This document shows, piece by piece, positions 10,891-22,460 of a DNA stretch of 64,000 nt (positions are counted from its first letter, which is position 1; every line of letters begins with the position of its first letter). Origin of the DNA: Microcoleus sp. (GTDB lineage: Bacteria; Cyanobacteriota; Cyanobacteriia; Cyanobacteriales; Microcoleaceae); NCBI GenBank assembly GCA_052279835.1, contig CP181291.1:4512001-4576000 (forward strand), written 5' to 3'. The notes under the pieces are model-generated. The model had not been told where the DNA came from. It was given only the letters and a program-made list of their open reading frames with translations, and ran no database searches. Position numbers and translations under genes: made by a program.

Positions 10891-10953
10891 TAGGGTGCGT
10901 CAGCTTGGACAATCTGGGCTACCCATCCCATCTTTACCAACTGACGCACCTTA
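10891..10953. repeat. REP-like inverted repeat
   Basis: ggtgcgtcag ... ctgacgcacc; related half-copy near 43338. Confidence 0.65.
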
Positions 10954-10978
10954 AAAGCTGCATAAATCAAATTTTATG

Positions 10979-12278
10979 CTACCCGTTCACAAAAACGATC
11001 GCCGTAAGCTGACTTTGGTTTACACCTTGCACAATTCCCAAATAATTGCTACCAGATTTAATCGCCGTGGAAGCAACGCTTGCACTTCCATCCAACTGCA
11101 AATTCACAGCTTCAAAAGTCAAGTTGGCAAACACAATACCGTCAGTCAAACCAATTTTATCCCCAGCCACAAAATCGACGATTACATCTGCATTTGCTAA
11201 AGTAGTGACCGCAGACAAACCACCGGCTAGAATAAAGGTATCATTTCCGCCGCCGCCTGTCAGAATATCTTGACCGCGATCGCCCCCTAACAAATCATCG
11301 CCATTACCGCCAATCAAGATATCATCTTCTTTGCCACCACGGAGAGTGTCGTTACCGTCTCCTCCAATCAGGCGATCGTTATCATTGTTACCGCTGATAA
11401 AATCATTACCAACACCCCCATCTATTGAATCTGATTCTTTGCCACCGGATAAACTGTCATTACCCCCACCACCATTAATAGTATCCGCACCTTGCATACC
11501 ATTAATAGTATCTGCACCTTCTCCTCCGGTGAGATTGTCTTTCCCAGAAAGGGCAAAAATTGGCAATCCCCCAGGGACTTGTAGGTAACTGAGCATCCGC
11601 ACTGTCAGATAAGAAATAATTGCCACCGCTGACTGTATTTTTGGGGGCTGTCGTGGGGCTGCCATCGCCTGTAGCATTGGCGATCGGTGTGGTGATAGAT
11701 GCAGATAGATTTGGGGTAGGAGTAGGAGTAGGAGTAGGAGTAGGAATAGGAGTGGGAGTAGATATGGGTGTAGTGGTACCGTCAAGAGAAGTAGCAAACA
11801 CTTGCGTCCAATAGTGATTCCAATTTTCAGTACCAGTATCATTGGCTAAAAAATAGTAACCAATGCCAATTTCTTTCAGCTTAGGATCGAGAATATTAGC
11901 ACGGTGGCCAGCACTGTTCATCCAGGAAGCTACCACTTGTTCGGGTGTAGAAGAACCCGCAGCAATGTTTTCCGCCGCCGCTGAGAATTTATAGCCCGTT
12001 GCAGTAATGCGACTGCCGATCGAAGAACCATCTTTTCCGGTATGAGAAAAGAAGTCTTGCAGGGCCATATTTTCGGTGTGATTTGCCGCCGCATTCAGCA
12101 ACTGAGCATTGAAAGTCAGGGGTGATAAACCAAATTTAGTGCGTTCTATGTTGGTAAGTTCTAGAACTTTATCAACAAAAGATTGATTGGTTGCACTTGC
12201 AAAACGTTCAGGGGTCAAACCTCCTTCGTTTAAGATGTCTAAAGGTTGAGTGGCTGCATTATTGATTTGTTCAAACAT
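10979..12278 (-). pseudogene. CAP/SCP-domain + PT linker + RTX Ca-binding repeat protein, +1 frameshift at 11568-11572 (possibly sequencing error)
   Basis: CAP motifs (ENIAAG, WMNSAGHRANIL) in ORF 11502-12278; GGxGxD repeats in ORF 10979-11842; total span 1300 = 3n+1. Confidence 0.8.
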
Positions 12279-12557
12279 GGTGAGTTATAAAAATTGAGAT
12301 TGGCTTATCTCATATCTACAACTGCTGTACTTGTTTTCCGTATATCTTCCCGCACAATTTGAATTTCAATCGATGGTCATTTTTGGATTTTAGCTTTAAA
12401 CAGCGAATTTCATATTTTCAATTTATCTGGGAATGATTTAACCGCAGAGGACACAGAGGACACAGAGGAAGAGAATAGAGAGATGAATAATTATGAGGCC
12501 AATTACAATTTAGATTTGAGATTATAATTATTCATGAATCTCAAATCTAAACTTTTC

Positions 12558-13211
12558 TTAGGCTCCTTTGGCTTCCAATGCAACTTGCTCAACTTCATCT
12601 TTAGTCAGAATTTCTAGAGCTGCTTCTGCTTCTGCACCGCCTAATCGTCTGAGAGCTTGGGCGACTCGGTAACGGATTTGCCAATCTGCGTTGGTAGCGT
12701 AGGGGAGGAGTAGGGGAACGGCTCGCGGATCTTTCAATTCTCCTAATGCACTGATCGCAATGGTTTGGATCAACTCGTTGTCGGAAGCTAAGGCATTTTC
12801 TAACATGGGAAATGCTTTGGGATCTCCCATTTCTCCCAAGGCTGCGACGATGCTGAGTTGAACTAGCCACTCCGATGTATTGTTGTAAACTTGTTGTAAA
12901 TCTGGTAGAGCATCGGTTAATTTCAAAGCACCCAAAGCATCGGCTGCGGCTGCTTGGACGTCTGGTTCGGGGTCGTTGTTCAAGCTGTGAAGCAGTACCT
13001 CTAAGGCGTTGGAGAGATTCTCTGTACCGAGGGTTGACATTTGGCTGACGGCTGCGTAACGAACGCGGACGTTTTTGTCGCTGATCGCAGTTTGAATCAG
13101 TTTATAGGCGATGGCTGGTTCTAGTTGACGCAGTTGATTGACAGCACGGAGGCGATCGCCAAAATCCTCGGAATTGAGCAATTGTTCGACAGACTCTGGG
13201 TTAAGGCTCAT
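12558..13211 (-). CDS. nblB: HEAT-repeat phycobilisome degradation protein NblB-like
   Basis: PBS-lyase HEAT repeats (VRYAAVSQ, DVQAAAADALG, WQIRYRVAQAL). Confidence 0.75.
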   Translation of the reverse strand: MSLNPESVEQLLNSEDFGDRLRAVNQLRQLEPAIAYKLIQTAISDKNVRVRYAAVSQMSTLGTENLSNALEVLLHSLNNDPEPDVQAAAADALGALKLTDALPDLQQVYNNTSEWLVQLSIVAALGEMGDPKAFPMLENALASDNELIQTIAISALGELKDPRAVPLLLPYATNADWQIRYRVAQALRRLGGAEAEAALEILTKDEVEQVALEAKGA

Positions 13212-13223
13212 GGGTTTTTAAAT

Positions 13224-13262
13224 TTGGTAATTGGTAATTGGTAATTGGTAATTGGTAATTGC
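13224..13262. repeat. STRR (ttggtaa)n
   Basis: ~5 perfect heptamer copies. Confidence 0.9.
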
Positions 13263-13330
13263 CAAAAATTCACAGATTCAAGATGAGAGGGGCTGATTTT
13301 CTGGTCAATTCGTGTTAATATGGGAGCTAC

Positions 13331-13792
13331 TTAAAACTCGGATACCATTGCTCGGACAATATCTCCCCTAGTGAGGATACCAATTACTTTACCATTCGTA
13401 TCAATCACAGGTAATCGATGGATCTTGCGCTCGTGCAGCAGTTTGGCTGCTTCTTGGACAGATTTTTCCGATGTGATGCTAATGGGTTCTCGGCTCATAA
13501 CTTCTCCTACTGTTTGTCCTAAAGCTTTGTGGAGTTCTTGCTCGTAACGAGAAGGATTTTCTAAGTAAATCACGCTGTCGAGTATCATGATGTAAGTGGG
13601 GGGAGTTACACCTGTTTCCTGCCACATCAAGTCCGTTTCGGATATGACACCGATCAACAAATCATTGGCATCTACAACCGGAAGGCCGCTAATCCGGCGA
13701 GCAGCTAAAATTTTAATCGCTTCCTTGACGGACATTTCTGCTCGCGCTGTCAGGGGTTCGCGAGTCATTAAATCGGCTACTGTTTTGGGCAT
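13331..13792 (-). CDS. CBS-domain protein
   Basis: Two CBS motifs (ISGLPVVD, IHRLPVID...GILTRGDI). Confidence 0.9.
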   Translation of the reverse strand: MPKTVADLMTREPLTARAEMSVKEAIKILAARRISGLPVVDANDLLIGVISETDLMWQETGVTPPTYIMILDSVIYLENPSRYEQELHKALGQTVGEVMSREPISITSEKSVQEAAKLLHERKIHRLPVIDTNGKVIGILTRGDIVRAMVSEF

Positions 13793-13920
13793 GATTGGCG
13801 TTTAATTTAATTGTTTCTCTCGATCGATCATATATCTAATCTCCAATCTAAAATCTAAAATCTCAAATCGGTCGATCGCTTTCAAAATTGTTAAGATATA
13901 TTAAAAACCGCTTCCGAGCA

Positions 13921-14244
13921 ATGCCAGAATCCGACGCTAAAAAACCAGAATCCCCACCAGAAGTCCGCTGTGTGTTAGTTTGTCAGCATCAATCTTGTCT
14001 GAGAAATGGTTCAGCCTCCGTGCTAGCTGCTTTTGAAGCCCACCCGGTTTCAGGAGTTAAAGTTGAGGCTAGCGGTTGTCAGGGACAGTGTAACACTGGC
14101 CCGACGGTGCGAGTAACGCCAGACGAAATTTGGTATTTTCGAGTTAAAGTCAGCGATGTGCCCCGGATTGTGGAAGAGCACCTCCAGGAGGGAAAGCCTG
14201 TCAAAGCGCTTTTGAATCCGAGAATTCATCTTTATTATTCATGA
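13921..14244 (+). CDS. Thioredoxin-like [2Fe-2S] ferredoxin
   Basis: VLVCQHQSC...GCQGQCNTGP...IVEEHL. Confidence 0.85.
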   Translation: MPESDAKKPESPPEVRCVLVCQHQSCLRNGSASVLAAFEAHPVSGVKVEASGCQGQCNTGPTVRVTPDEIWYFRVKVSDVPRIVEEHLQEGKPVKALLNPRIHLYYS

Positions 14245-15683
14245 GCATCCCAGGAATTGTGATTGGTTTATTAACGCTGCTGGGTACTTCATCGGCGGTT
14301 GTGGCGCAAATTCCAGCAGTTTCTGGGAATATTTGTGCGGTAGATTTAGGTGCAAAAATAGATGCGATCGCCAATCGTGCTGAATTTAGTCGATCGCGTT
14401 GGGGCATTTTGATTCAACCCCTATCTTCTACTACCACTCTCTACAGTCGTGATGCTCAAAAATACTTTATTCCAGCATCAAATGTCAAGCTATTAACCAC
14501 CGCCGCTGCTTTACAAAAACTGGGTGCTAATTTTCGGATCGAGACCTCGGTTTACAGCGCTGAAAATGGTAATTTATATATTGCAGGTAGGGGCGATCCG
14601 AGTCTTGCGGAGGCTCAGTTGCAAGATTTGGCTCAGCAGTTGAAGCGGCGGGGAATTAGTCAAGTTAACGCATTGATGGGCGATGATAGCTATTTTCAAG
14701 GTAATGCAGTCCATCCGAATTGGGAATGGGAAGATGCCCAGGCTGGCTACGGAGCACCGATTAATAGTTTAATGTTCAATCAAAATGCGATCGAGCTAAT
14801 TTTATCACCCCAGGCGATCGGGCAACCACTGAAAGTTACTTTTGCCCAACCAAAGCTGACAAATCAGTGGCAAATTGAAAATAAGTCTGTGACAGTCGGA
14901 CAAAATGAATCAGAATTTATTGAAGTTGGCAGAGATTTCGGGCAACCTCTGCTGCAAGTTCGCGGCAAGTTGAGAGTTGGTGCAGAGTCTGAATCCGCTT
15001 ACGTGGCAGTTGTAAATCCTGCTCATCATTTTTTGCAACAGTTTCAGCAAGCTGTGGAGGCGGAAGGAATTGCGGTTAAACAGGCTTTAGTGGCATCTAA
15101 TTCTCGCAATTTAACTCAAAAGTTAGCAACTATTGAATCGCCACCAATGGCAGAATTGGTGAAAGAAACTAATCGGGAAAGTAACAATGTTTATGCAGAG
15201 GTTTTATTGAGATTGTTGGGGAAATCTACAGGTAAGATGCCTGGGTCCCAAGAGGATACAATTGAAGTTGGTTTGAAAGAGTTAAAAACAACTTTAACTC
15301 AATTAGGGGTAAATCCCGATAGCTATATATTAGTTGATGGTTCTGGATTGTCTCGCCACAATTTAATTAGTCCAGAAGCCTTGGTGCAAACTTTGAGATT
15401 AATGGCGAATTCACCTTTGGGCTCTGTTTACCGCGCGTCTTTACCTGTGGCTGGGGAGAGCGGAACTTTAAAAAATCGTTTCAATACACCAAATCGAGTC
15501 ATTTTGCAAGCAAAAACTGGAACTTTGAGCTCCGTTGCAGCGCTGTCGGGATATGTGGAAGTTCCGAATTACGAGCCGCTGGTGTTTAGCATTATGGTGA
15601 ATCAATCGGATCTGTCTAGTGCCAAAGTGCGATCGGCGATCGATGAAATTGTGCTGTTATTAAATCGCCTCAGCCGCTGTTAA
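14241..15683 (+). CDS. dacB: D-alanyl-D-alanine carboxypeptidase/endopeptidase (PBP4)
   Basis: PASNVK (SxxK), SNN, DGSGLSR, AKTGTL; signal peptide. Confidence 0.92.
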   Translation: MSIPGIVIGLLTLLGTSSAVVAQIPAVSGNICAVDLGAKIDAIANRAEFSRSRWGILIQPLSSTTTLYSRDAQKYFIPASNVKLLTTAAALQKLGANFRIETSVYSAENGNLYIAGRGDPSLAEAQLQDLAQQLKRRGISQVNALMGDDSYFQGNAVHPNWEWEDAQAGYGAPINSLMFNQNAIELILSPQAIGQPLKVTFAQPKLTNQWQIENKSVTVGQNESEFIEVGRDFGQPLLQVRGKLRVGAESESAYVAVVNPAHHFLQQFQQAVEAEGIAVKQALVASNSRNLTQKLATIESPPMAELVKETNRESNNVYAEVLLRLLGKSTGKMPGSQEDTIEVGLKELKTTLTQLGVNPDSYILVDGSGLSRHNLISPEALVQTLRLMANSPLGSVYRASLPVAGESGTLKNRFNTPNRVILQAKTGTLSSVAALSGYVEVPNYEPLVFSIMVNQSDLSSAKVRSAIDEIVLLLNRLSRC

Positions 15684-15829
15684 AAAAAATCAATCATAGC
15701 AGGAAAATTTTACACATTAAGTGCGATCGGCTACAATGAAAGAAGAAAAATTAAAACCAGTAGGTTGCTGGAGTAGGCAGCCCGTTTGGCGTGCTTGTAT
15801 AACCAAAAGGTAAGTATAACTTCCACAAT

Positions 15830-16723
15830 ATGAAATTTTTAGATTCCGAACAACAGCATATCTTTGTCGAAACCAACAAAATCCGCTTGCACTGCGTTTC
15901 CCAAGGTGAAGGCGAACTTGTTTTGCTCTTACACGGGTTTCCAGAGTTTTGGTATTCTTGGCGTCACCAAATTCCTGCCTTGGCGCGTCATTTCAAGGTG
16001 GTAGTCCCGGATTTACGCGGCTACAACGATTCGGACAAGCCAGCAAGTGGCTATGATTTGGATACGCTGAGTGCAGATATTCGCGGTTTGATCGATCGCC
16101 TCGGCTATACAAAAGCTCACATTGTCGGTCATGATTGGGGAGGGGTTATCGCGTGGCATTTAGCTCAAAAATTCCCCGAAAAGCTCAACCGTTTGGCAAT
16201 TTTAAACGCTCCTCACCCGCAACGCTTCGTGCAAGAAATGGCGAGTAACTTAGATCAACTCCGTCGCAGTTGGTATGTTTTTGCTTTTCAGGTTCCTGGT
16301 ATTCCCGAATGGTTGATTCAGCAAAACTTGAAAGATTTTGTGCAAAATGTGTTTCAAGGACAAGCTATTCGTAAAGGCTCTTTTAGCGCTGAAGAAACTA
16401 AGATTTATCAGACAGCTTTGGAAAAGCCTGGAGTATTGGGGGCTGCGGTGAATTATTACCGGCAGATGTTTCATCCGCAGAGGCTGTGGAATTTGGGGCA
16501 TCCATGGGAAACGGTGAAAGTTCCTACTTTGGTGCTTTGGGGAGAAGAGGATGCGTTTTTGAGCCACAAACTGGTGGAAGGTTTAGACAGGTTAATTTCT
16601 GCTCCGTTTAAGCTAAAGTTAGTTCCGAATTGTGGCCACTGGATTCAGCAAGAAGTTCCGCAAACGGTGAATCGAGAATTGCTCAGTTTTCTGAGAAATT
16701 CTTCTTCTTCTTTGGTTTTTTGA
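15830..16723 (+). CDS. Alpha/beta hydrolase (epoxide hydrolase-like)
   Basis: HGFPEFW, GHDWGG, GHWIQQE. Confidence 0.9.
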   Translation: MKFLDSEQQHIFVETNKIRLHCVSQGEGELVLLLHGFPEFWYSWRHQIPALARHFKVVVPDLRGYNDSDKPASGYDLDTLSADIRGLIDRLGYTKAHIVGHDWGGVIAWHLAQKFPEKLNRLAILNAPHPQRFVQEMASNLDQLRRSWYVFAFQVPGIPEWLIQQNLKDFVQNVFQGQAIRKGSFSAEETKIYQTALEKPGVLGAAVNYYRQMFHPQRLWNLGHPWETVKVPTLVLWGEEDAFLSHKLVEGLDRLISAPFKLKLVPNCGHWIQQEVPQTVNRELLSFLRNSSSSLVF

Positions 16724-16897
16724 CGGCAAATAATAAGCCCATGCAATCACTCAGTTCACAAGAGTCCTGGAGGCACAGCCAAACTAAAGCCCTGACTTGT
16801 TTAACAAATCAGGGTTCTAACAGCAGAATAGTGAACTACTCACCGCTAACCTGGAGTAGCAGGTATCGCGGGAGTTCTGTACTGACAGTCAAAAGAT

Positions 16898-18010
16898 TTA
16901 GATTTCTTCCAAATCTTCGACTTCTTCGATATCTTCTAGATCTTCTAGATCCTCATCGTCCACAGGAGCGACGGAATTAGCAGAAACCACAGCACCAGTA
17001 GCAAGTTTTTCTCTCACTAATTTCTCAATTTCATTTTTGAAATCGATATTTTTCTCCATGTGTTGGATTACTTTGTCTCGTCCTTGAGCAATGTTATCGC
17101 CGTTGTAGCTATACCAAGAACCTTTTTTCGTAATTACTCCCATTTCGTCGGCCAAGTCTGTCAAACAGCCTAAAGTAGAAATGCCTTTGCCAAATACAAT
17201 GTCAAATTCGGCAATGCGGAAGGGTGGAGCAACTTTATTTTTAGCAACTTTAACTTTGGTGCGGTTCCCGTACTCTTCTGTGCCTTTTTTCAAGGTTTGA
17301 ATCCGGCGAATATCGAGTCGCACGCTGGCGTAGAATTTGAGAGCGTTACCCCCTGTTGTCGTTTCGGGATTGCCGTAAGTGACACCGATTTTTTGGCGTA
17401 ATTGGTTGAGAAAAATGACGGTACAGCCGGATTTGCCGATGTTCCCGGTGATTTTTCGCAAAGCTTGGCTCATCAACCGGGCTTGCAAACCCATGTGGGA
17501 GTCGCCCATGTCGCCTTCAATTTCGGCGCGGGGGACTAGGGCTGCTACGGAGTCAATAACTACGATATCGACGGCGACGGAACGGACGAGTTGATCGACT
17601 ATTTCTAGCCCCATCTCTCCGGTATCGGGTTGGGATACTAGGAGATTTTCAATATCGACACCCAAGGCTGAGGCGTAGGTGGGATCTAGGGCGTGTTCGG
17701 CATCGACGAAGGCGGCGATACCGCCGGATTTTTGGACTTCGGCGATCGCGTGTAGCGCTAGAGTGGTTTTACCGGAACTTTCTGGGCCATAGATTTCAAT
17801 GACTCGGCCTTTTGGCAAACCGCCACCCAAGGCGATGTCAAGTGTCAGGGCTCCGCTGGGAATGGTTTCTACCCTCATGCGAGTGGCGTCTCCCAATCGG
17901 ACGATCGCCCCTTTGCCAAAGCTACGCTCGATCTGGGATAGTACCGCAGTCAGGGCTTTTTGCTTTTCGGGGCTTTCAGTAATTTTTGTAGACGTATCTT
18001 TTTTTGCCAT
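16898..18010 (-). CDS. recA: Recombinase RecA
   Basis: [33 protein letters not shown]. Confidence 0.99.
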   Translation of the reverse strand: MAKKDTSTKITESPEKQKALTAVLSQIERSFGKGAIVRLGDATRMRVETIPSGALTLDIALGGGLPKGRVIEIYGPESSGKTTLALHAIAEVQKSGGIAAFVDAEHALDPTYASALGVDIENLLVSQPDTGEMGLEIVDQLVRSVAVDIVVIDSVAALVPRAEIEGDMGDSHMGLQARLMSQALRKITGNIGKSGCTVIFLNQLRQKIGVTYGNPETTTGGNALKFYASVRLDIRRIQTLKKGTEEYGNRTKVKVAKNKVAPPFRIAEFDIVFGKGISTLGCLTDLADEMGVITKKGSWYSYNGDNIAQGRDKVIQHMEKNIDFKNEIEKLVREKLATGAVVSANSVAPVDDEDLEDLEDIEEVEDLEEI

Positions 18011-18238
18011 TTGCGGTACACAGGTAGGGCCCTTGCGGAGCTTGTTGATTAACTGTACAACACGTATGTTAGCAGTTATTTTGGGGGTGGGGAGGTTCTG
18101 GGAAGATTTGATTCACGATTCTTGATTTTGCTGAAGTCCGGCAGCAGCCAGGGCTGTTTCATGATCGGGAAAATCAGTGGGGTAGCCACTGTTTGCTGCC
18201 TCTACAAGAGAATGAGAAGGTTAGAGAATAGGTAGCGC

Positions 18239-19855
18239 ATGGCATCTACAATACGTCAAGACAAATCTGTCGATCGCACTAATTCCCGGTGGCTGCTGGG
18301 CTTATTGGCGATCGGTATTTTACTAGGCATCGGATTTCGAGGCTTTGAACTCGATCGTAAACTTTACTGGCACGACGAAGCCTACACCTCGCTGCGGGCT
18401 GCTGGTTTCACCAGACAAGAAATCGACGACGAACTATTCCAAAACCGGATTGTTCCCGCGCCGGAATTACAAAAATATCAGCGCATTAAACCAGGAAGTA
18501 CAGCAGCAGACACAATCAATTCTTTAGCACTAGAAGACCCACAGCATCCGCCTTTATACTTTCTGATGGCTCGCCTTTGGATGCAGGAATTTGGCAGTTC
18601 TCTGACAGCATCCCGTACTTTACCAGCACTATTAAGTTTGCTGTCCCTGCCTTTAATGTACGCTTTAGCTCAAGAACTTTTTGCCTCACGTTTAACGTCG
18701 TTATTAGCGACAGCACTGTTAGCCTTATCTCCCTTTGATATCTTATTTGCTCAGACCGCAAGGCAGTATAGTTTACTGACAGTAACAGTTATTGGCAGTA
18801 GTTTGCTGCTGCTGAGAGCCGTGCGGTTGCAGCGTTGGAAAAATTGGGTGTTATATGGATTGTCGATCGCTCTTGGTTTATACACCCATCCTTTTTTTAT
18901 CTTAACACTAATTGCACAGGGCATATTTATCCTGTGTTACTGCCTGTTTTTTGCCAAAACTAAATGGCGCGGTCATGTAATTAATTCGCATTTTTTCTTG
19001 TCAGTAATAGGTGGTTTGATTATTTATGCTCCTTGGATTTACGTCCTAGGGACTAATCTGCAAAGAGCTTCAGATACTACAGATTGGACGCGAGTTGCTC
19101 CCGGATTGCTTTATTTGGTCAAATTGTGGATTTTGAGTTTTACGGCGCTCTTTTTTGACTTAGAGTTCGGTTTTTATAGTATTTGGACTTTTCTGGCTCG
19201 ACTGCCATTTTTGATTATAATTGTAGCAGGTATTTACCAAATATTTCACCGCACCAGCAGTGCCCATAGGTTATTTATTTTACTATCAATTTTTGTTCCT
19301 TTTTTGATGTTAGCCTTGCCGGATATAATCATCGGCGGTAAACGTTCTGCTGTGAGTCGTTATCTAATTTCCTGCTTTCCGGGAGTGCAGCTAGTGGTGG
19401 CTTATTTCCTCGCAAATAGTGTCAAAAATCGGCAGCGGTTCTGGGAATTCATTTTGGCTGGGGTATTTACCGCAAGTATAGTATCTTGCGTTGTTAGCGC
19501 TTTTGCTGATACTTGGTGGAGCAAAGACGTGAGCTATTTTAATGCTGAAGTCGCCCAGAAGATTAATCAAGAGGCGATCGCTAATCGGTCAATCAAAGAT
19601 ACAATTGTAATTAGCGATCGCGGCAACGATTTTACGAATATGGGCGATTTGCTTTCTGTGAGCTATTTGCTTGACAAAGACGTGCGGCTGATGTTAATGA
19701 GTCAGTCACCAGACCTGGAGATGCTGAACAAATATTCGGCTCCCCTGGTGTTTCGGCCTTCGGAAAAATTGCGATCGGCATTTAAACGAAATCAACTGCG
19801 GTTAGAGCCTGTATTAGCGAACGCTAGACTTTTTCGAGTGCGACGCTCCGCCTAG
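18239..19855 (+). CDS. GT39/ArnT-like membrane glycosyltransferase
   Basis: YWHDEAYT, QHPPLYF, ARQYSL, many TM helices. Confidence 0.8.
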   Translation: MASTIRQDKSVDRTNSRWLLGLLAIGILLGIGFRGFELDRKLYWHDEAYTSLRAAGFTRQEIDDELFQNRIVPAPELQKYQRIKPGSTAADTINSLALEDPQHPPLYFLMARLWMQEFGSSLTASRTLPALLSLLSLPLMYALAQELFASRLTSLLATALLALSPFDILFAQTARQYSLLTVTVIGSSLLLLRAVRLQRWKNWVLYGLSIALGLYTHPFFILTLIAQGIFILCYCLFFAKTKWRGHVINSHFFLSVIGGLIIYAPWIYVLGTNLQRASDTTDWTRVAPGLLYLVKLWILSFTALFFDLEFGFYSIWTFLARLPFLIIIVAGIYQIFHRTSSAHRLFILLSIFVPFLMLALPDIIIGGKRSAVSRYLISCFPGVQLVVAYFLANSVKNRQRFWEFILAGVFTASIVSCVVSAFADTWWSKDVSYFNAEVAQKINQEAIANRSIKDTIVISDRGNDFTNMGDLLSVSYLLDKDVRLMLMSQSPDLEMLNKYSAPLVFRPSEKLRSAFKRNQLRLEPVLANARLFRVRRSA

Positions 19856-19911
19856 GATTTCGACAGTATCAATAGACATAAATAGTTATATAGATTAGCG
19901 GAATCAAACCT

Positions 19912-21435
19912 ATGCAAGAGTTAAAAGATGTTGCGTCAGAATATGGCCAGCAATTTCGTAATCTTCAGAATGAATTGCGGGAAAATTGGCACAAAAACGA
20001 AGAATTCGACGGCGGAGATTGTGACATCATCGTCATTCCTTCTATCAGTTTAGATCAGCAAGAAATGCAGAAAGTTCCAGGTGCTTACCACTACGAAGAA
20101 CGGCATTTGTTTTCGTTGATTCGTCTGCGAAATCCTCGCACGCGCCTGATTTATATTACTTCCGAGCCACTGCATCCAATGATCGTTGATTATTACTTGC
20201 AATTACTCCCCGGAATTCCTTTTTCACACGCCCGCGATCGGCTTTTGCTATTCTCTACTTACGATGCTTCTCCCAAATCCCTCACCCAGAAAATTTTAGA
20301 GCGACCCCGGTTGATGGAACGGATTCGCTCTTCCGTGCGGCCGAGACAATCTTATATGGTTTGTTACAACTCCACCCCCTTAGAGCGGGAGTTATCTGTA
20401 AAGTTGGGAATTCCTTTGTGGGCAAGCGATCCAGATTTGCTCTACTGGGGAACAAAAAGTGGTAGCAGACAAATTTTTGAAGAAGCTGGTGTGCCTTATC
20501 CTGACGGTTCTGAGCTAGTTTGGAATGCGGCAGATTTAGCAGCAGCAGCAGCTCAACTGTGGGAACGCCAGCCCCATTTACAAAGAATCGTAATTAAGCT
20601 AAATGAGGGCTTTTCTGGAGAGGGAAATGCGATTTTAGAACTGAAATCCATCGCTCCTACAGCACTTGCGGAAAAAGCAAAAGTAATCCAGGATTGTTTC
20701 CCAAATTTGCGCTTTCAAGCAGCGGGAGAAAATTGGGAAAATTTCAGCAGTCGCATCCCCGAACTAGGGGCGATTGCCGAAGCATTTATCGAAGGAAAAG
20801 AAAAGCGATCGCCAAGCGTTCAAGGCAGAATTGTACCCAGTGGCGAAGTAGAAATTCTTTCAACCCATGACCAGATTTTAGGAGGTCCAGACGGTCAAAT
20901 TTTCTTGGGTTGCCGATTTCCGGCGGACGAATCCTATCGCATAGCGTTGCAAGAATTCGGCAGAAAAATCGGGCGTAACTTGGCAGAAAAAGGTGCTTTA
21001 GAGCAATTTGGCATAGATTATGTGGCTGTGCGGCAAGATGACGGTCTATGGGATATTCAAGCAATTGAAATTAACTTACGAAAAGGTGGCACAACTCATC
21101 CTTTTATGGCGCTGAAGCTGTTAACAAATGGTCGTTATGAGGGTGCTACGGGTGCATTTTATAGTCAGCAGGGCCGTCCGAAATATTATGTGGCTTCTGA
21201 TAATTTAAAAAAAGAGCGGTATCGGGGGTTGTTGCCGAATGATTTGATGGATATTATTGCGGATAATCAACTACACTTTGACAGCGGTACTGAAACTGGT
21301 ACGGTGTTTCATTTAATGGGTTGTTTGTCGGAATATGGTAAATTGGGATTGACAAGTATTGGCAATTCTTCCCAAGAGGCAGAGGAAATTTATAATAAAG
21401 TTGTGAAAGTTCTCGATCGAGAAACGTCATGCTAA
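19912..21435 (+). CDS. PGM1-related ATP-grasp peptide ligase-like protein
   Basis: HYEERHLF, KLNEGFSGEGN, SPSVQ, EINLRKGGTTHP. Confidence 0.75.
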   Translation: MQELKDVASEYGQQFRNLQNELRENWHKNEEFDGGDCDIIVIPSISLDQQEMQKVPGAYHYEERHLFSLIRLRNPRTRLIYITSEPLHPMIVDYYLQLLPGIPFSHARDRLLLFSTYDASPKSLTQKILERPRLMERIRSSVRPRQSYMVCYNSTPLERELSVKLGIPLWASDPDLLYWGTKSGSRQIFEEAGVPYPDGSELVWNAADLAAAAAQLWERQPHLQRIVIKLNEGFSGEGNAILELKSIAPTALAEKAKVIQDCFPNLRFQAAGENWENFSSRIPELGAIAEAFIEGKEKRSPSVQGRIVPSGEVEILSTHDQILGGPDGQIFLGCRFPADESYRIALQEFGRKIGRNLAEKGALEQFGIDYVAVRQDDGLWDIQAIEINLRKGGTTHPFMALKLLTNGRYEGATGAFYSQQGRPKYYVASDNLKKERYRGLLPNDLMDIIADNQLHFDSGTETGTVFHLMGCLSEYGKLGLTSIGNSSQEAEEIYNKVVKVLDRETSC

Positions 21436-21473
21436 ATCTGCTGGAATGATATCACCCATCAACCCACAAACCC

Positions 21474-21612
21474 CGGCGGTTGAAACCGCGTCTACACAAA
21501 TGAAACCCGACGAGAGCGGGTTGAAGAATCGATCGCACAGTGCTCTGAAATTCCATATTTCTTAGTCCGCGGAGGCGGACATCGTTTGTATAGACGCGGT
21601 TTCCAACCGCCG
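21474..21612. mobile_element. MITE/REP-like palindromic element
   Basis: cggcggttgaaaccgcgtctacacaaa ... tttgtatagacgcggtttccaaccgccg; partial relatives at ~45362-45411 and ~59886-59932. Confidence 0.75.
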
Positions 21613-21628
21613 AGAATTTGAATGGTAG

Positions 21629-22237
21629 CTAATTTGTAGGGGGATAAAGGGGCGAAGAGTCGATGGAACCTGTACGATTGAGAGGCCAAAAACGCACAAT
21701 TGCCCTACCAATAATATTGGGCTTGGGTACATAGCCCCAATAGTGACTGTCGCAGCTTTGGTTGCGGTTGTCGCCGAGCACCAAGTAAGAGTTTTGAGGT
21801 ACTACTGCTGGCCCATAGGGATAATGGGGAATTTCTTCAATATATTTTTCCTGTAGGGGCTGCTTGTTGATATAAACTTTTCCCTCTCTGACTTCCACGC
21901 TGTCTCCTGGAAGTCCAATTACTCGCTTAATATAGGCATCTTTGATCGGCGGTGGCTGTCCCGTACACAAGCTGGCCGAGTCTGGAGGCGTAAATACGAT
22001 AATATCTCCTCGGTGAGGATCTTGAAATCGATAGCTCACCTTATCGATAATTAAGCGATCGTTAATTTGCAAAGTGGGGAGCATCGAACCTGTGGGAATG
22101 TAACGAGCTTCGGCAACCAGAGTGCGGATGCCAAAGGCTAAGACTGCTGCTAACCCGATGGTCTTAATTCCTTCTATCCAAGGGTTTTCGGTGTCCTGGG
22201 GTGGTTTTTCGTCGCCTGACTTGTCTAAACGAGTCAT
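21629..22237 (-). CDS. lepB: Signal peptidase I
   Basis: [33 protein letters not shown]. Confidence 0.93.
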   Translation of the reverse strand: MTRLDKSGDEKPPQDTENPWIEGIKTIGLAAVLAFGIRTLVAEARYIPTGSMLPTLQINDRLIIDKVSYRFQDPHRGDIIVFTPPDSASLCTGQPPPIKDAYIKRVIGLPGDSVEVREGKVYINKQPLQEKYIEEIPHYPYGPAVVPQNSYLVLGDNRNQSCDSHYWGYVPKPNIIGRAIVRFWPLNRTGSIDSSPLYPPTN

Positions 22238-22460
22238 AGAGTATTGTAGTGACTGAGCTGGATACCAATTTTGACACTCCCTGTCCGTCAATAGACAGGG
22301 ATTATTCAATCATTTTACATTATAAATTTACTAATATCAACAATTAGAATCAAAGAACTAAACAACTAATATTTTTTAAGTAAATTTATGTTTCTTAGTA
22401 TTCAGTCAACTATTTTAAGTATAAAATGTTTCCCAGCTAGCAAGCTGTTTACTCAATTAA

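Noticed and set aside
18012..18070. LexA box upstream of recA
   Set aside because: GTAC-containing sites are present, but spacing or sequence does not match RGTAC-N3-DGTWC cleanly.
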